From Macrostomum lignano (lineage: Eukaryota), in the NCBI GenBank assembly GCA_002269645.1, contig NIVC01000350.1, forward strand, positions 62,001 to 126,000: DNA of 64,000 nt, written 5' to 3'. Below the pieces are notes generated by a model. It was given only the letters and a program-made list of their open reading frames with translations. It did no database searches and was not told the origin of the DNA. The position numbers were made by a program, and so were the translations under genes. Below, piece by piece: positions 14,021 to 26,606 of this stretch. Positions within the stretch are counted from its first letter, which is position 1. Every line of letters starts with the position of its first letter.

Positions 14021-14844
14021 AATACGTATTCTGCACCTCTATATCTTACACCTTGAGATTCTGGTTCCCCTGCGTTCCTTGAGATAAGGCAAAATTAAGG
14101 TAAAATTAGGGTTTGAAAATATCAAAGAAAATTAGTAGGCGAGATGAAAGCACAGAATTGCCGCATTTTGGCTTTTGTTTCACTTAGCAGATCGTCAATA
14201 TTTAACTTTGATTGGGAAAAGCAAACTAATCTTAGCTCTATTTCCTTTGTCGCTCTGCTCCCAACCTTCCAGGCAATTGCAACTTTTGTCCCGACTATAA
14301 AATTCCTTTGATAATAAAAAAGCAGAGACGCACAAGAGGGCGGACAGAGAGAGATGTGGAATTGAAAAAGGCACAAAACACGGCATAAAGAGGGATCGCT
14401 AGCCTTCTCTTTTTCGAACAGAAAATGCGCTCGTAAAAAAATCAAAAGAAATGAAGCAAAACTGCAAGCAAGACTGCATCGGCTTCCTCAAAATTCAAAA
14501 GCCAACACAAATAACTGCCGCGGCCTGTTCCCGTCTGCCAGCTTCCAAGCTTCATCAGTTACAATGGTTGGTAGCTTAATGGGAGTTTCCCCTCTTTTCC
14601 CCTTTGTTGTCAACATGCCGACAGTCGCGACGCCTTTGTTGCCAAACAGCGCACTCCCTACCAGTTTACGGCCGCGGGCGCTCAGCTTCTGTTCTTCATC
14701 CGCACCGTCTTAAAATGAGTAAAGCCTCTTTACTGAAGCAGGTTGTTGGCTTTGAATAAAGATACCCAAGTCAGAAGGCGGCTGCGCTCTTCTGAAGACT
14801 GTTTGAGTCTGTTTGACTCCAGCTGCCTCAAGGATGAAGCTGAC

Positions 14845-15440
14845 GTTTCATGGGATTTGAAGTTTCATGGAATCTGAAGTTTCATGGGATCTGAAGTTTC
14901 ATGGGATCTGAAGTTTCATGGGATCTGAAGACATGAAGTTTCATGGGATCTGGAGTTTCATGGTATCTGAAGACCTGAAGTTTCATGGGATTTGAAGTTT
15001 CATGGGATTTGAAGTTTCATGGTATCTGAAGACCTGAAGTTTCATGGTATCTGAAGACATGAAGTTTCATGGTATCTGAAGACCTGAAGTTTCATGGGAT
15101 TTGAAGTTTCATGGGATCTGAAGTTTCATGGTATCTGAAGACCTGAAGTTTCATGGGATTTAAAGTTTCATGGGATTTGAAGTTTCATGGGATTTGAAGT
15201 TTCATGGGATCTGAAGTTTCATGGTATCTGAAGACATGAAGTTTCATGGGACCTGAAGACCGGAAGTTTCATGGGATTTGAAGTTTCATGGGATTTGAAG
15301 TTTCATGGGATCTGAAGTTTCATGGTATCTGAAGACATGAAGTTTCATGGGACCTGAAGACCGGAAGTTTCACGGGACAGGAAGTTGCATTGGATCTGAA
15401 ATTTCATGGGATCTAAAAACCTGAAGTTTCATGGGCTCTT
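14845..15440. repeat. 17-bp array (GAAGTTTCATGGGATYT) with longer variants
   Basis: Tandem units. Confidence 0.93.
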
Positions 15441-16208
15441 AAGTTTTAGTAGGGTTTGGATTTTCAGGGGATTTAGTTTTCGGAACGTTTCGGGAAAACG
15501 TTTTCGCCTGTATTCATACGGCTTCCCCACGGCCTGACAATTTGAGAACGCGGGCAAACTTTTGTTGCGCACCTTCTCAGACAAGAATCAAGTCGCCATC
15601 CATCCGGACCGTCGAGATATTCAACGATTCTGCCAGAAGGTCGGATCTTTCCCACAAGCGCCAGTGTATGTTCAATGCGCCCCTGTGATCTGTCACCGCA
15701 GTTAGAATATTGTATTTTTGGGATCTCCAAAGTTCTAAATGCGCTCTGAGATTTCATGGGAAGAAAGAAATTGAAAAGAACTGCAATTAAGGAGTAGGAT
15801 AGGCAGTGGGCACCTTTGCCTGCTTTCTATGTTGTTTCAAGGACGGCACAATATAGGGAAAATATAGCTTAGAAAGCAGAACAGAATTTTCCTTCCCAGA
15901 AAAGATTTCAAATTCAACAGGACTTCAGACAAACTAACAAAATTAACCTTCGCACATCCCCCACGATCTGCTTATTTCCCATCGACCCTAAACAGGAAGA
16001 CAAGAGTTCCACTCTGACAACTAAACCAATATTAAAAGACCATTTTTGTCCAAAATCTGGTTGACAGAATTATGCAGTGATTTATTAGCTGACGGGCGTT
16101 CCTTAAAGTTTGACTTTTCCGGACCTCACTGAGCGCGTAGCGAATAATTTTTCCTGGAAAATGGCTGCCGCAGGCAGGATCTTCTCTGGCTGTTGAGGAG
16201 GCGCCAGC

Positions 16209-16515
16209 CCCGCATAGCAAAATTACGTATCCAATAGAAAGTGGGACGTCTCCGATACGTAACTTTTTTGGTTGCAGGAACGTCCTTGATACGTATCCAA
16301 TTTTTATGATTCTCTAAAGAAGCTCCTTTCTACAAAAATGGTGAACAGATAATGCTTGTAATTTTATTGATAATTTATTCCCCCATTTTTGTAGAAACGA
16401 GCTTCTTTAGAGGATCATAAAAATTGGATACGTATCAAGGACGTTCCTGCAACCAAAAAAGTTACGTATCGGAGACGTCCCACTTTCTATTGGATACGTA
16501 ATTTTGCTATGCGGG
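16209..16515. mobile_element. 307-bp foldback MITE: 133-bp TIRs, CCC...GGG termini, 3-bp TSD (AGC)
   Basis: 16209-16341 is a near-perfect inverted copy of 16383-16515. AGC at 16206-16208 and 16516-16518. Excision restores GGCGCCAGCACCGGGGG, matching the adjacent repeat unit. Confidence 0.9.
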
Positions 16516-17976
16516 AGCACCGGGGGCTTTAGCATCAGGGGCTTTAGCATCAGGGGATTTAGCATCAGGGGATTTAGCATCAGGGGATTTAGCATCAGGG
16601 GCTTTAGCACCAGGGGATTTAGCATCAGGGGCTTTAGCATCAGGGGATTTAGCATCAGGGGATTTAGCACCAGGGGATTTAGCATCAGGGGCTTTAGCAT
16701 CAGGGGATTTAGCATCAGGGGAATTAGCATCAGGGGCTTTAGCATCAGGGGATTTAGCATCAGGGGCTTTAGCATCAGGGGCTTTAGCATCAAGGGATTT
16801 AGCATCAGGGGCTTTAGCACCAGGGGCTTTAGCATCAGGGGATTTAGCATCAGGGGCTTTAGCATCAGGGGATTTAGCATCAGGGGATTTAGCATCAGGG
16901 GCTTTAGCATCAGGGGCTTTAGCATCAGGGGATTTAGCACCAGGGGCTTTAGCATCAGGGGCTTTAGCATCAGGGGATTTAGCATCAGGGGCTTTAGCAT
17001 CAGGGGCTTTAGCATCAGGGGCTTTAGCATCAGGGGCTTTAGCATCAGGGGATTTAGCATCAGGGGATTTAGCATCAGGGGATTTAGCATCAGGGGCTTT
17101 AGCATCAGGGGCTTTAGCATCAGGGGATTTAGCATCAGGGGATTTAGCACCAGGGGCTTTAGCATCAGGGGATTTAGCATCAGGGGATTTAGCATCAGGG
17201 GCTTTAGCATCAGGGGATTTAGCATCAGGGGCTTTAGCATCAGGGGATTTAGCATCAGGGGCTTTAGCACCAGGGGCTTTAGCATCAGGGGATTTAGCAT
17301 CAGGGGATTTAGCATCAGGGGCTTTAGCATCAGGGGATTTAGCATCAGGGGATTTAGCATCAGGGGCTTTAGCATCAGGGGATTTAGCATCAGGGGATTT
17401 AGCATCAGGGGATTTAGCATCAGGGGATTTAGCATCAGGGGATTTAGCATCAGGGGATTTAGCATCAGGGGATTTAGCATCAGGGGATTTAGCATCAGGG
17501 GATTTAGCATCAGGGGCTTTAGCATCAGGGGATTTAGCATCAGGGGATTTAGCATCAGGGGCTTTAGCATCAGGGGCTTTAGCACCAGGGGATTTAGCAT
17601 CAGGGGCTTTAGCATCAGGGGATTTAGCACCAGGGGCGCCAGCACCAGGGGCGCCAGCACCAGGGGCGCCAGCACCAGGGGCGCCAGCACCAGGGGCGCC
17701 AGCACCAGGGGCGCCAGCACCAGGGGCGCCAGCACCAGGGGCGCCAGCACCAGGGGCGCCAGCACCAGGGGCGCCAGCACCAGGGGCGCCAGCACCAGGG
17801 GCGCCAGCACCAGGGGCGCCAGCACCAGGGGCGCCAGCACCAGGGGCGCCAGCACCAGGGGCGCCAGCACCAGGGGCGCCAGCACCAGGGGCGCCAGCAC
17901 CAGGGGCGCCAGCACCAGGGGCGCCAGCACCAGGGGCGCCAGCACCAGGGGCGCCAGCACCAGGGGCGCCAGCACC
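16516..17976. repeat. Bipartite 15-bp array: about 74 x GGGGMTTTAGCAYCA, then about 23 x GGGGCGCCAGCACCA
   Basis: Sharp switch near 17632. Open frames on the minus strand read AK[SA]PD and GAPGA. Confidence 0.96.
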
Positions 17977-18579
17977 GGGAAACAACGGTGATCCCCATTG
18001 CCAATCAAAAATATCTACTCTGACGAGGCAAACTGAATAGTGTAACTTTTTAACTTATCGAGTTGATGAAGCACTGATTCAACACACTAGTTTACACTGC
18101 TTTGGAAGGCTCCTTCCAAATAAGGCCAGTCCAGAGGCCTTTAAGAGGCCCATGATTCATACTTGAAACCATCAGCTTTGTGCGATGGTGTTGTATTTCA
18201 ACTGGGAACAGGAGCCAGCCCAGTGCCAAAAAACAATGATTAACTGGACCCCAATACTTTTCGTCATGCAGAGCTGCGTTATAACTTAATTTTGGTTACT
18301 TTTATTTTTTTTTCTCTCAGCCATTTATTAAACTCTGCAAACTGCCTGCATTATAGAAGTTTTGTATCGCTTTTGCATATAAGTTGCATGAATTTTCCTT
18401 CCAAAATGAAAATGTAACTTATATTGTAACTGATATTTATTTTCTTTATTATAATAGCTGGCTCAGTTGAACTGGTGGCTAAAATTTATCAAATAATCTG
18501 TGGTTTTTGAATGGGGTTTCCACAGAAACAGGCGCACACCTTTTGTTGCGGAAGATAAAACAGATTTGGGAAATTTGAG

Positions 18580-19090
18580 AAGCTGATAAGAGTAGCTGTG
18601 GGAAGCTGATAATAGTAGCTGTTGGAAGCTGATAAGAGTAGCTGCGGGAAGCTGATAAGAGTAGCTGTGGGAAGCTGATAAGAGTAGCTGCGGGAAGCTG
18701 ATAAGAGTAGCTGCGGGAAGCTGATAAGAGTAGCTGTGGGAAGCTGATAAGAATAGCTGTGGGAAGCTGATAAGAATAGCTGTGGGAAGCTGATAAGAGT
18801 AGCTGCGGGAAGCTGATAAGAGTAGCTGTGGGAAGCTGATAAGAGTAGCTGCGGGAAGCTGATAAGAGTAGCTGCGGGAAGCTGATAAGAGTAGCTGTGG
18901 GAAGCTGATAAGAATAGCTGTGGGAAGCTGATAAGAGTTTTGGAAAGGTGATAAAGTTGGGGGAAGCTGAAAAGAGCTGTGGGAAGCTGATAAGAGCTGT
19001 TGGAAGCTGATAAGAGCTGTGGGAAGCTGATAAGAGCTGTTGGAAGCTGATAAGAGCAGAGGGAAGCTGATAAGAGCAGAGGGAAGCTGA
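18580..19090. repeat. About 23-bp array (GAAGCTGATAAGAGTAGCTGYGG) grading into shorter units
   Basis: Tandem units. Confidence 0.92.
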
Positions 19091-19557
19091 GGGAACTGTC
19101 GGAAGCTTTAAAGAGTTGTGGAAAGCTGTGGAAAACAGTAAGTTGCGATTCTATAAAACCAAAGGCAGAACAAAAAAGCGCTGAGAAAGGTTGAAAGCCT
19201 GTGGTTCGCTTTTCGAAAAGCAAGAAGAAATGTAAAAATCAAAGCCAAGCAAAAGTAAAAAAGAAAAAAGGTATTGCACGAGCATGCTTGAGCGCAGGTG
19301 AACGTTGTACTGGATTGATTGTAAAATGATTTCAAAGAGCAGCAAAAATTTTTTTGTTTAAACGCGCGCATGTTTATTTCAAAATTGCCGAAAAATCCAG
19401 TCTTCGATAATTGCCGTGGCGATTATAGTTTGGAGTAGTGACCCCAAGCCTTCAGATTTTCAAGACCAATTTTCATCTGGCCTAGAAGAAAACAAATTAC
19501 TTCAAAACTGCCATTGAGCAGGTGTTCGGTAAGGGTTGGCCCATCGCCAATCAACGG

Positions 19558-20440
19558 TCATTCAGTGTGCCACTGTCGCTCCCACAGCCCCTCAGTGTGA
19601 CACTGTCGCCCTTCACAGTGGCACGCCCCAACAGCCCTTCAGTGTGCCGCTATCACCCTTCACCACAGCCCCTCAGTGTGCCACTGTCGCTCCCACAGCC
19701 CCTCAGTGTGCCACTGTCGCCCTTCACAGTGGCACGCCCCCACAGCCCTTCAGTGTGCCACTATCCCCCTTCACCACAGTCCCTCAGTGTGCCACTGTCG
19801 CCCCCACAGTCCCTCAGTGTGCCACTATCGCCCTTCACCACAGTCCCTCAGTGTGCCACTGTCGCCCCCACAGCCCTTCAGTGTGCCACTATCGCCCTTC
19901 ACCACAGCCCCTCAGTGTGCCACTGTCGCTCCCACAGCCCCTCAGTGTGCCACTGTCGCCCTTCACCACAGTCCCTCAGTGTGCCACTGTCGCCCTCACA
20001 GCCCTTCAGTGTGCCACTATCGCCCTTCACCACAGCCCCTCAGTGTGCCACTGTCGCCCCCACAGCCCTTCAGTGTGCCACTATCGCCCTTCACCACAGG
20101 CCCCTCAGTGTGCCACTGTCGCCCTTCACCACAGCCCCTTAGTGTGCCACTGTCGCCCCCACAGCCCCTCAGTGTGCCACTGTCGCCCCCACAGCCCTTC
20201 AGTGTGCCACTATCGCCCTTCACCACAGGCCCCTCAGTGTGCCACTGTCGCCCTTCACCACAGCCCCTTAGTGTGCCACTGTCGCCCCCACAGCCCCTCA
20301 GTGTGCCACTGTCGCCCCCACAGCCTCTCAGTGTGCCACTGTCGCCCTTCACCACAGTCCCTCAGTGTGCCACTGTCGCCCCCACAGCCTCTCAGTGTGC
20401 CACTGTTGCCCCCACAGCCCCTCAGTGTGCCACTGTCGCC
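19558..20440. repeat. 30-33-bp array (CAGTGTGCCACTGTCGCCCCCACAGCCCCT), left part
   Basis: Tandem units; the array resumes at 21636 after a LINE insertion. Confidence 0.94.
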
Positions 20441-21635
20441 TCCAACAACAACAACAACAAAATACGCGACCCCGCATGCACAGTCACAGTTAGAGCAGGG
20501 CGCGTCAGATGGCGCACCGCAGAGCCTGGGAGCGAAAAAATTCGGCTTCGTTGGCAGTGTCGGGCGCCCCAGCGTCGCACAGCAGGCAGTCCACGTATCG
20601 ACGGGTTCGGGCCTGACCCCGCCTGAACGGACCCTGCAAGGTGAGCAGCAGGACGTCCTGAACAGGTTGGGGGCAGTAGCCCTCGGCCCGGATCACGTGA
20701 CCCGCCAGTTGAGGTCGCCGCCGGCGCAGACTGATGGACGGGCGCTGCAGCTTGGCCCGATCGTACAGGGCCTCGGTCCCGACGCTCTCGTCAGCTCGAA
20801 AGGCCGCACGGAGCAGCCCTGAGTGCGCCGAGTCCATGCAGCTGACGCTCTAGCCTAGCCGTCAGCGTCCACGTCTCGGCGTTGTAGAGCAGGACGGTTT
20901 CGACCACCGCCTGCCACAGCCGAGCCCTCTGGCGGTCGGGCAGCGCTTCGGACTGGAGGACGGCTCGGATCGAACGAAAGGCCGCCCAGGCAAGTCCTCT
21001 GCGCCGCCGGAGGTCTTCTTCCACGTGGGGCACCAGACCGCCGAGGTAGGTGAACCGCTGGCAGCGTGCGAGCCTGGTCGTCTGCCCGTCTGCGCCGCGG
21101 CACGTCAGGTCCGCTGGGATGTCAGCCGGCACAGTCAGCACCTCGGTCTTCAGCGTGTTGACGATCAGACCGACGCTCGATGCCACCTCGACCAGCCTGT
21201 CGATCTGGCGCTGGGCGCCTTCAAAGGACGAGGACAGGACAGGTCGTCGGCTTAGCCAAGCACGCTCAGGCGCTTTTCGCGCCGTGGCGCTTTTCGCGCA
21301 GCAGGAAGCCGTCGTCAGCCGAGGGGAGTGCGGTCCGAAGCACCCAGTCCAGCAGCAGCACGAAGAGGAACGGTGCTAGCGTGTCGCCCTGCAGAACTCC
21401 TGATGAAGTGTCGAATAGGTCAGACAGGCCGTTCGCCGTCACCAAAGCAGCTCGAGTGTCGCAATACTGCAGCGCCATGACAGCGTCGATTAGCTGCTGG
21501 GGTACCCGAGAGGCTCGAAGGACGAAAGGGAGCGTGGCTCTCAACACCGAGTCAAACGCCTTTCGAAATTCAACGAAGACAATGATCAGCGTAGACTGGC
21601 GGATGCGCGCCTCCTCGATGACACGGCGGAGTGCG
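20441..21635 (-). mobile_element. 5'-truncated, decayed RTE-type non-LTR retrotransposon (RT C-terminal half)
   Basis: Peptides ALRRVIEEARIRQSTLIIVFVEFRKAFDSV, SGVLQGDTLAPFLF and VETVLLYNAETWTLT. YADD is mutated to *ADD (TAA). (TTG)n tail at 20443-20460. Confidence 0.9.
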
Positions 21636-21955
21636 CCCCCACACCTCAGTGTGCCACTGTCACCCCCACAGCCCCTCAGTGTGCCACTGTCGCCCCCACA
21701 GCCCCTCAGTGTGCCACTGTCGCCCCCACAGCCCCTCAGTGTGCCACTGTCGCCCCCACAGCCCCTCAGTGTGCCACTGTCGCCCCCACAGCCCCTCAGT
21801 GTGCCACTGTCGCCCCCACAGCCCCCTCAGTGTGCCACTGTCGCCCCCACAGCCCCCTCAGTGTGCCACTGTCGCCCCCACAGCCCCTCAGTGTGCCACT
21901 GTCGCCCCCACAGCCCCTCAGTGTGCCACTGTCGCCCTTCACCACAGCCCCTCAG
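21636..21955. repeat. 30-bp array, right part (same unit as 19558-20440)
   Basis: Tandem units in register with the left part. Confidence 0.93.
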
Positions 21956-22619
21956 CATGCCATTATCACCCTACAAGTGATATTAATAAATATCTGTGAC
22001 TAACGATTCACCCATTGCAGAACACATTAGATTCAATTAACAGTTGCCTGGCAAACAAAAGCTGGAAAATGCTTGAATAAGCGAGATTTTGTATTCATGG
22101 GCCCTGCAAACTTGCAGGCGCGCCAACAGGTCGCTGACTGTAGCGCAATGTCACTGCTTGAGGCCTGCATTCAGTCTCTAACAGGCTATATAAATATGAC
22201 TAACCGAACAAGGAGGAACGGCAGCGCAAAAAAGTGGAGATGCAAACTGCAGTTCCTGCCTAAAATTTTGTTACACTTCACATTTGTCGAGAAATTCAAT
22301 ATAAAAATAACACTGAGTTCGCTTTTTTGATTCCTGGGCAATCTGTGTGGTTGGGGTCTGGGGGAGGGGGCTTTTGCATTTTGGATATTTCTATTTCCTA
22401 TACACTGTGGAAACTTGATTCAAGTTCTCTCAGTCATTTTTCCTTGTTTTGCGGGGCAGAGTTTATCGAGAAACTGAGCCATATTGTTTAAACAAGCTAA
22501 GAAACAGTTTTTTTTCCGGAAAAGCATGACTCTGTCACTTTCTACAAGTATCTTTAGTCTTAAAGTTCTGTTTTACGTAGGCGGATGGGAAATGGACTTG
22601 GGGTTCCTCCAGAGTAGAT

Positions 22620-23275
22620 TCCACAGCTGTGGGCTCCACAACAGCTCGGGTCAGGGAGTAGATTGTGGGTTCCACAACAGCTCGGGTCAGGGAGTAGATT
22701 GTGGGTTCCACAACAGCTCGGGTCATGGAGTAGATTGTGGGTTCCACAACAGCTCGGGTCAGGGAGTAGATTGTGGGTTCCACAACAACTCAGGTCATGG
22801 AGTAGATTTTGGGTTCCACAACAGCTCGGGTCAGGGAGTAGATTGTGGGTTCCACAACAACTCAGGTCATGGAGTAGATTGTGGGTTCCACAACAGCTCG
22901 TGTCATGGAGTAGATTGTGGGTTCCACAACAACTCAGGTCATGGAGTAGATTGTGGGTTCCACAACAGCTCGGGTCAGGGAGTAGATTGTGGGTTCCACA
23001 ACAGCTCGGGTCAGGGAGTAGATTGTGGGTTCCACAACAGCTCGGGTCAGGGAGTAGATTGTGGGTTCCACAACAGCTCGGGTCAGGGAGTAGATTGTGG
23101 GTTCCACAACAGCTCGGGTCAGGGAGTAGATTGTGGGTTCCACAACAACTCGGGTCAGGGAGTAGATTGTGGGTTCCACAGCTCCGTCCGTGGAGTAGAT
23201 TGTGGGTTCCACAGCTCCGTCCGTGAAGTAGATTGTGGGTTCCACAACAGCTCGGGTCATGGAGTAGATTCTCAC
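22620..23275. repeat. 36-bp array (GAGTAGATTGTGGGTTCCACAACAGCTCGGGTCAGG), about 18 copies
   Basis: Head-to-tail units with no unique spacers. Confidence 0.95.
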
Positions 23276-23300
23276 TAAGATATTATTCTTTAGGTTAGAG

Positions 23301-23383
23301 TCCAGACTCCCCACTATCTAGTACCTCACGTAAAGACTCTAACCTAAATTCTGTCACCAATTCTGTAAGATTCTCGTTCTAAA
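23301..23383 (+). repeat. 83-bp dispersed direct repeat, copy 1 (copy 2 at 24951-25033)
   Basis: tccagactccccactatctagtacctcacgtaaaga...ttctcgttctaaa at both sites, 2 substitutions seen. Confidence 0.9.
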
Positions 23384-23763
23384 GAGAAAACTACCTTCAA
23401 ATTCATAGGTTTAATTGAAAATCTCATTATAAGATTACCGCATGGTAGCTATCAAATTGTAATCTCCGAGTTCAGCAAAGTAATATATCTGGCTTTGAAA
23501 TCTTCAGTCGCGGATTATTCAAATGTAAAATATTTCATAACAGATTTTGGTGTGCGAGAATTTTTATTGAACTTCACAATTATTTTGTGCTGATGTTTTT
23601 AAAACCATTTTTCATGTTTAGTTCAGTATGCAATTTGATATTTAATTAAAGATTTAAAACGAAAAAATTATGGAAAAACTTTAACCCGCAACCAATGGCA
23701 AGTGAGGAGGACTTTCTCTTGGATTTCTTAGAATCCTTCATAGCAACAGGCCAGTTGCCAGGG

Positions 23764-23951
23764 TCAACATCTGCGACTTTGCCCGCCCCGCTGCTCTCGG
23801 TGCACATCGAAGCAGGCCAGGTTCTCCCCTGTCAGCGGGTTGCCCGGCACACCGTTTGGGGACGATGGAGAGCGGAGGCTGGAACGCTGCTTGCCGCCGA
23901 GGCTGAGGGTGAACTGCTGGCAGCCCTCGCCTGTCACCGGGTTGCAGCCAC
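23764..23951 (-). CDS. NPxTG-repeat gene, exon 8 (terminal): [11 protein letters not shown]...[12 protein letters not shown]...SRRC*
   Basis: Acceptor ctccag|GT at 23951, phase 1. Two motif copies. TGA at 23766-23764. Confidence 0.72.
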
Positions 23952-23967
23952 CTGGAGTTGGAGACGC

Positions 23968-24727
<760 letters not shown>

Positions 24728-24777
24728 CTCAGCCTAGCCTCCAATATTTAATTTTCCCGATAAGCAGCTCATCTTAC

Positions 24778-24864
24778 CAATCGGTTGAGTCAGTCGGTGC
24801 TTCTCTTCAGCGCTAATCGCGAATCCCTGGCAGTTCTCCCCCGTCTGGGGATTTCTGACTGAAT
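24778..24864 (-). CDS. NPxTG-repeat gene, exon 7 (87 nt): [29 protein letters not shown]
   Basis: ctctgcag| ... |gtaaga; phase 1-1; open frame. Confidence 0.8.
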
Positions 24865-24950
24865 CTGCAGAGTCACAGTTGTGCCATTTTCAGAATTTCA
24901 GCTTTTACGCTGGCCATGCTGTAAATATGGAGACCCTCGAAAATCTCATA

Positions 24951-25033
24951 TCCAGACTCCCCACTATCTAGTACCTCACGTAAAGATTCTAACCTAAATT
25001 CTGTAACCAATTCTGTAAGATTCTCGTTCTAAA
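24951..25033 (+). repeat. 83-bp dispersed direct repeat, copy 2
   Basis: Matches 23301-23383. Confidence 0.9.
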
Positions 25034-25039
25034 AACTTT

Positions 25040-25260
25040 CACTCTAGAGACTCCCATGCTGCAAAATGTCACTCTAGAGACTCTCGGGCTGCAAAATGTC
25101 ACTTAGAGACTCTTGGGCTGCAAAATGTCACTCTGGAGACTCTTGGGCTGCAAAATGTCACTTAGAGACTCTTGGGCTGCAAAATGTCACTCTGGAGACT
25201 CTTGGGCTGCAAAATGTCACTTAGAGACTCTTGGGCTGCAAAATGTCACTCTGGAGACTC
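25040..25260. repeat. 29/30-bp alternating array (GGGCTGCAAAATGTCACT[TA/CTG]GAGACTCTT)
   Basis: Starts at the exon-6 donor on the minus strand. Confidence 0.9.
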
Positions 25261-25264
25261 TCAC

Positions 25265-25432
25265 CACTTGAAATGACGGCGGGTTGTCTCTCCCGAAATT
25301 CGGCGCAGTTATAGCTGTAAGTTGCGCAGTTTGCCCCTGTCACCGGGTTGGTCGCAACGACCCGCCGGTCGGAACTGGTGCCCACACTGGGGTCACTGGT
25401 GACGCAATTCTCACCTGTCAGCGGATTTCCAC
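25265..25432 (-). CDS. NPxTG-repeat gene, exon 6 (168 nt): [10 protein letters not shown]...TNPVTGANCATYSYNC...
   Basis: accag| ... |gtgaga; phase 1-1; matches part of track ORF 25221..25487. Confidence 0.8.
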
Positions 25433-25535
25433 CTGGTTTTTTTGGCAAAAAGCATTGTTTTATTATTGTTACAATAATTCTAGACACGCTACTTTACGAG
25501 CGTAAGTAGTCTATAAAGCGCATTTTTTCATTCAC

Positions 25536-25637
25536 CAGAAACACGTTTATTGCCAGATTTATATCGCCACTCGTTGAGCTTCTCAGAAATTGAGTAGCTG
25601 CTGCAGTTCTCTCCGGTCAGTGGGTTCGAAGCGGCAT
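25536..25637 (-). CDS. NPxTG-repeat gene, exon 5 (102 nt): DAASNPLTGENCSSYSISEKLNEWRYKSGNKRVS
   Basis: ctgtag| ... |gtgaat; phase 1-1; 103-bp intron to exon 6. Confidence 0.8.
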
Positions 25638-25739
25638 CTACAGTGTTATGCGTGTTAATCGAAAATTAGTTGACGGTAACAGTACACTTGTATCCTGAAT
25701 CTGCCATGTACATGTATTTTTCGAAAAACTTGTGCCCTA

Positions 25740-26040
25740 AAATCCAAAATCCAAAATCCCAAATCCTGAATCCCAAATCCTGAATCCCAAATCCTGAATC
25801 CCAAATCCTGAATCCCAAATCCTGAATCCTAAATTCTCAATCCCAAATCCTGAATCCCAAATCCTGAATCCCAAATCCTGAATTCCAAATCCTGAATTCC
25901 AAATCCTAAATCCCAAATCCGTAATCCCAAATAATGAATCCCAAATCCTGAATCCCAAATCCTGAATTTCAAACCCTAAATCCAAAATCCGTAATCCCAA
26001 ATAATGAATCCCAAATCCTAACCCTAAATCCCAAACCCAA
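25740..26040. repeat. 14-bp array (AATCCCAAATCCTG)
   Basis: Tandem units; same family as 28302-28625. Confidence 0.9.
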
Positions 26041-26044
26041 AATC

Positions 26045-26275
26045 TTTCCAATATACTAAAAATCAAAACTATGTACCTATAGGAACCTTAGTTTAACTTG
26101 ACTCTGCGTGGTCCGAATTTCCAATATACTAAAAATCAAAACTATGTACCTATAGGAACCTTAGTTTAACTTGACTCTGCGTGGTCCGAATTTCCAATAT
26201 ACTAAAAATCAAAACTATGTACCTACCTATCCAATATACTAAAAATCAAAACTATGTACCTACCTACTATGTACC
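26045..26275. repeat. 73-bp tandem duplication (2 full copies plus partial copies)
   Basis: tttccaatatac at 26045, 26118 and 26191. Confidence 0.9.
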
Positions 26276-26496
26276 TATTTCAATTCTGATAAAGATTGCA
26301 TCACAACAAGTGGAAAACAGTGCCGAAGAAATGCACACACGACTTGATTTAAATTACGTAACCAATATTGCTAACTTGAATTGAGACTGATACTGGCTGA
26401 CTGAGAAATTGATTATGTCATGACTTTTTACTCTAACTGACTTGCTGTAAGAATTGAATTATAAGGGCCACAATTCATGTTCACCAATTGAAAAGA

Positions 26497-26565
26497 GATA
26501 GCCTAGATGCGAACAGACTGGACTGCTAATGTAACAACCTGGGTTCGAATCTTAGTAGTGCAAGA
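26497..26565 (+). pseudogene. tRNA-Ser(GCT)-like relic or tRNA-derived SINE head
   Basis: A-box-like TAGCCTAGATG, TGGACTGCTAAT resembling the Ser-GCT anticodon arm, B-box GGGTTCGAATC. Stems are degenerate, so not a functional tRNA. Confidence 0.45.
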
Positions 26566-26606
26566 TAATTTTTTTATTAAAACACCTTAAAACACCAAAT
26601 GCTAAA

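Noticed and set aside
22620-23275. CRISPR-like 36-bp repeat with an internal TGTGG/CCACA hairpin (the 46-bp array was also considered)
   Set aside because: Units are contiguous with no unique spacers, there are no cas genes, and the context is eukaryotic.
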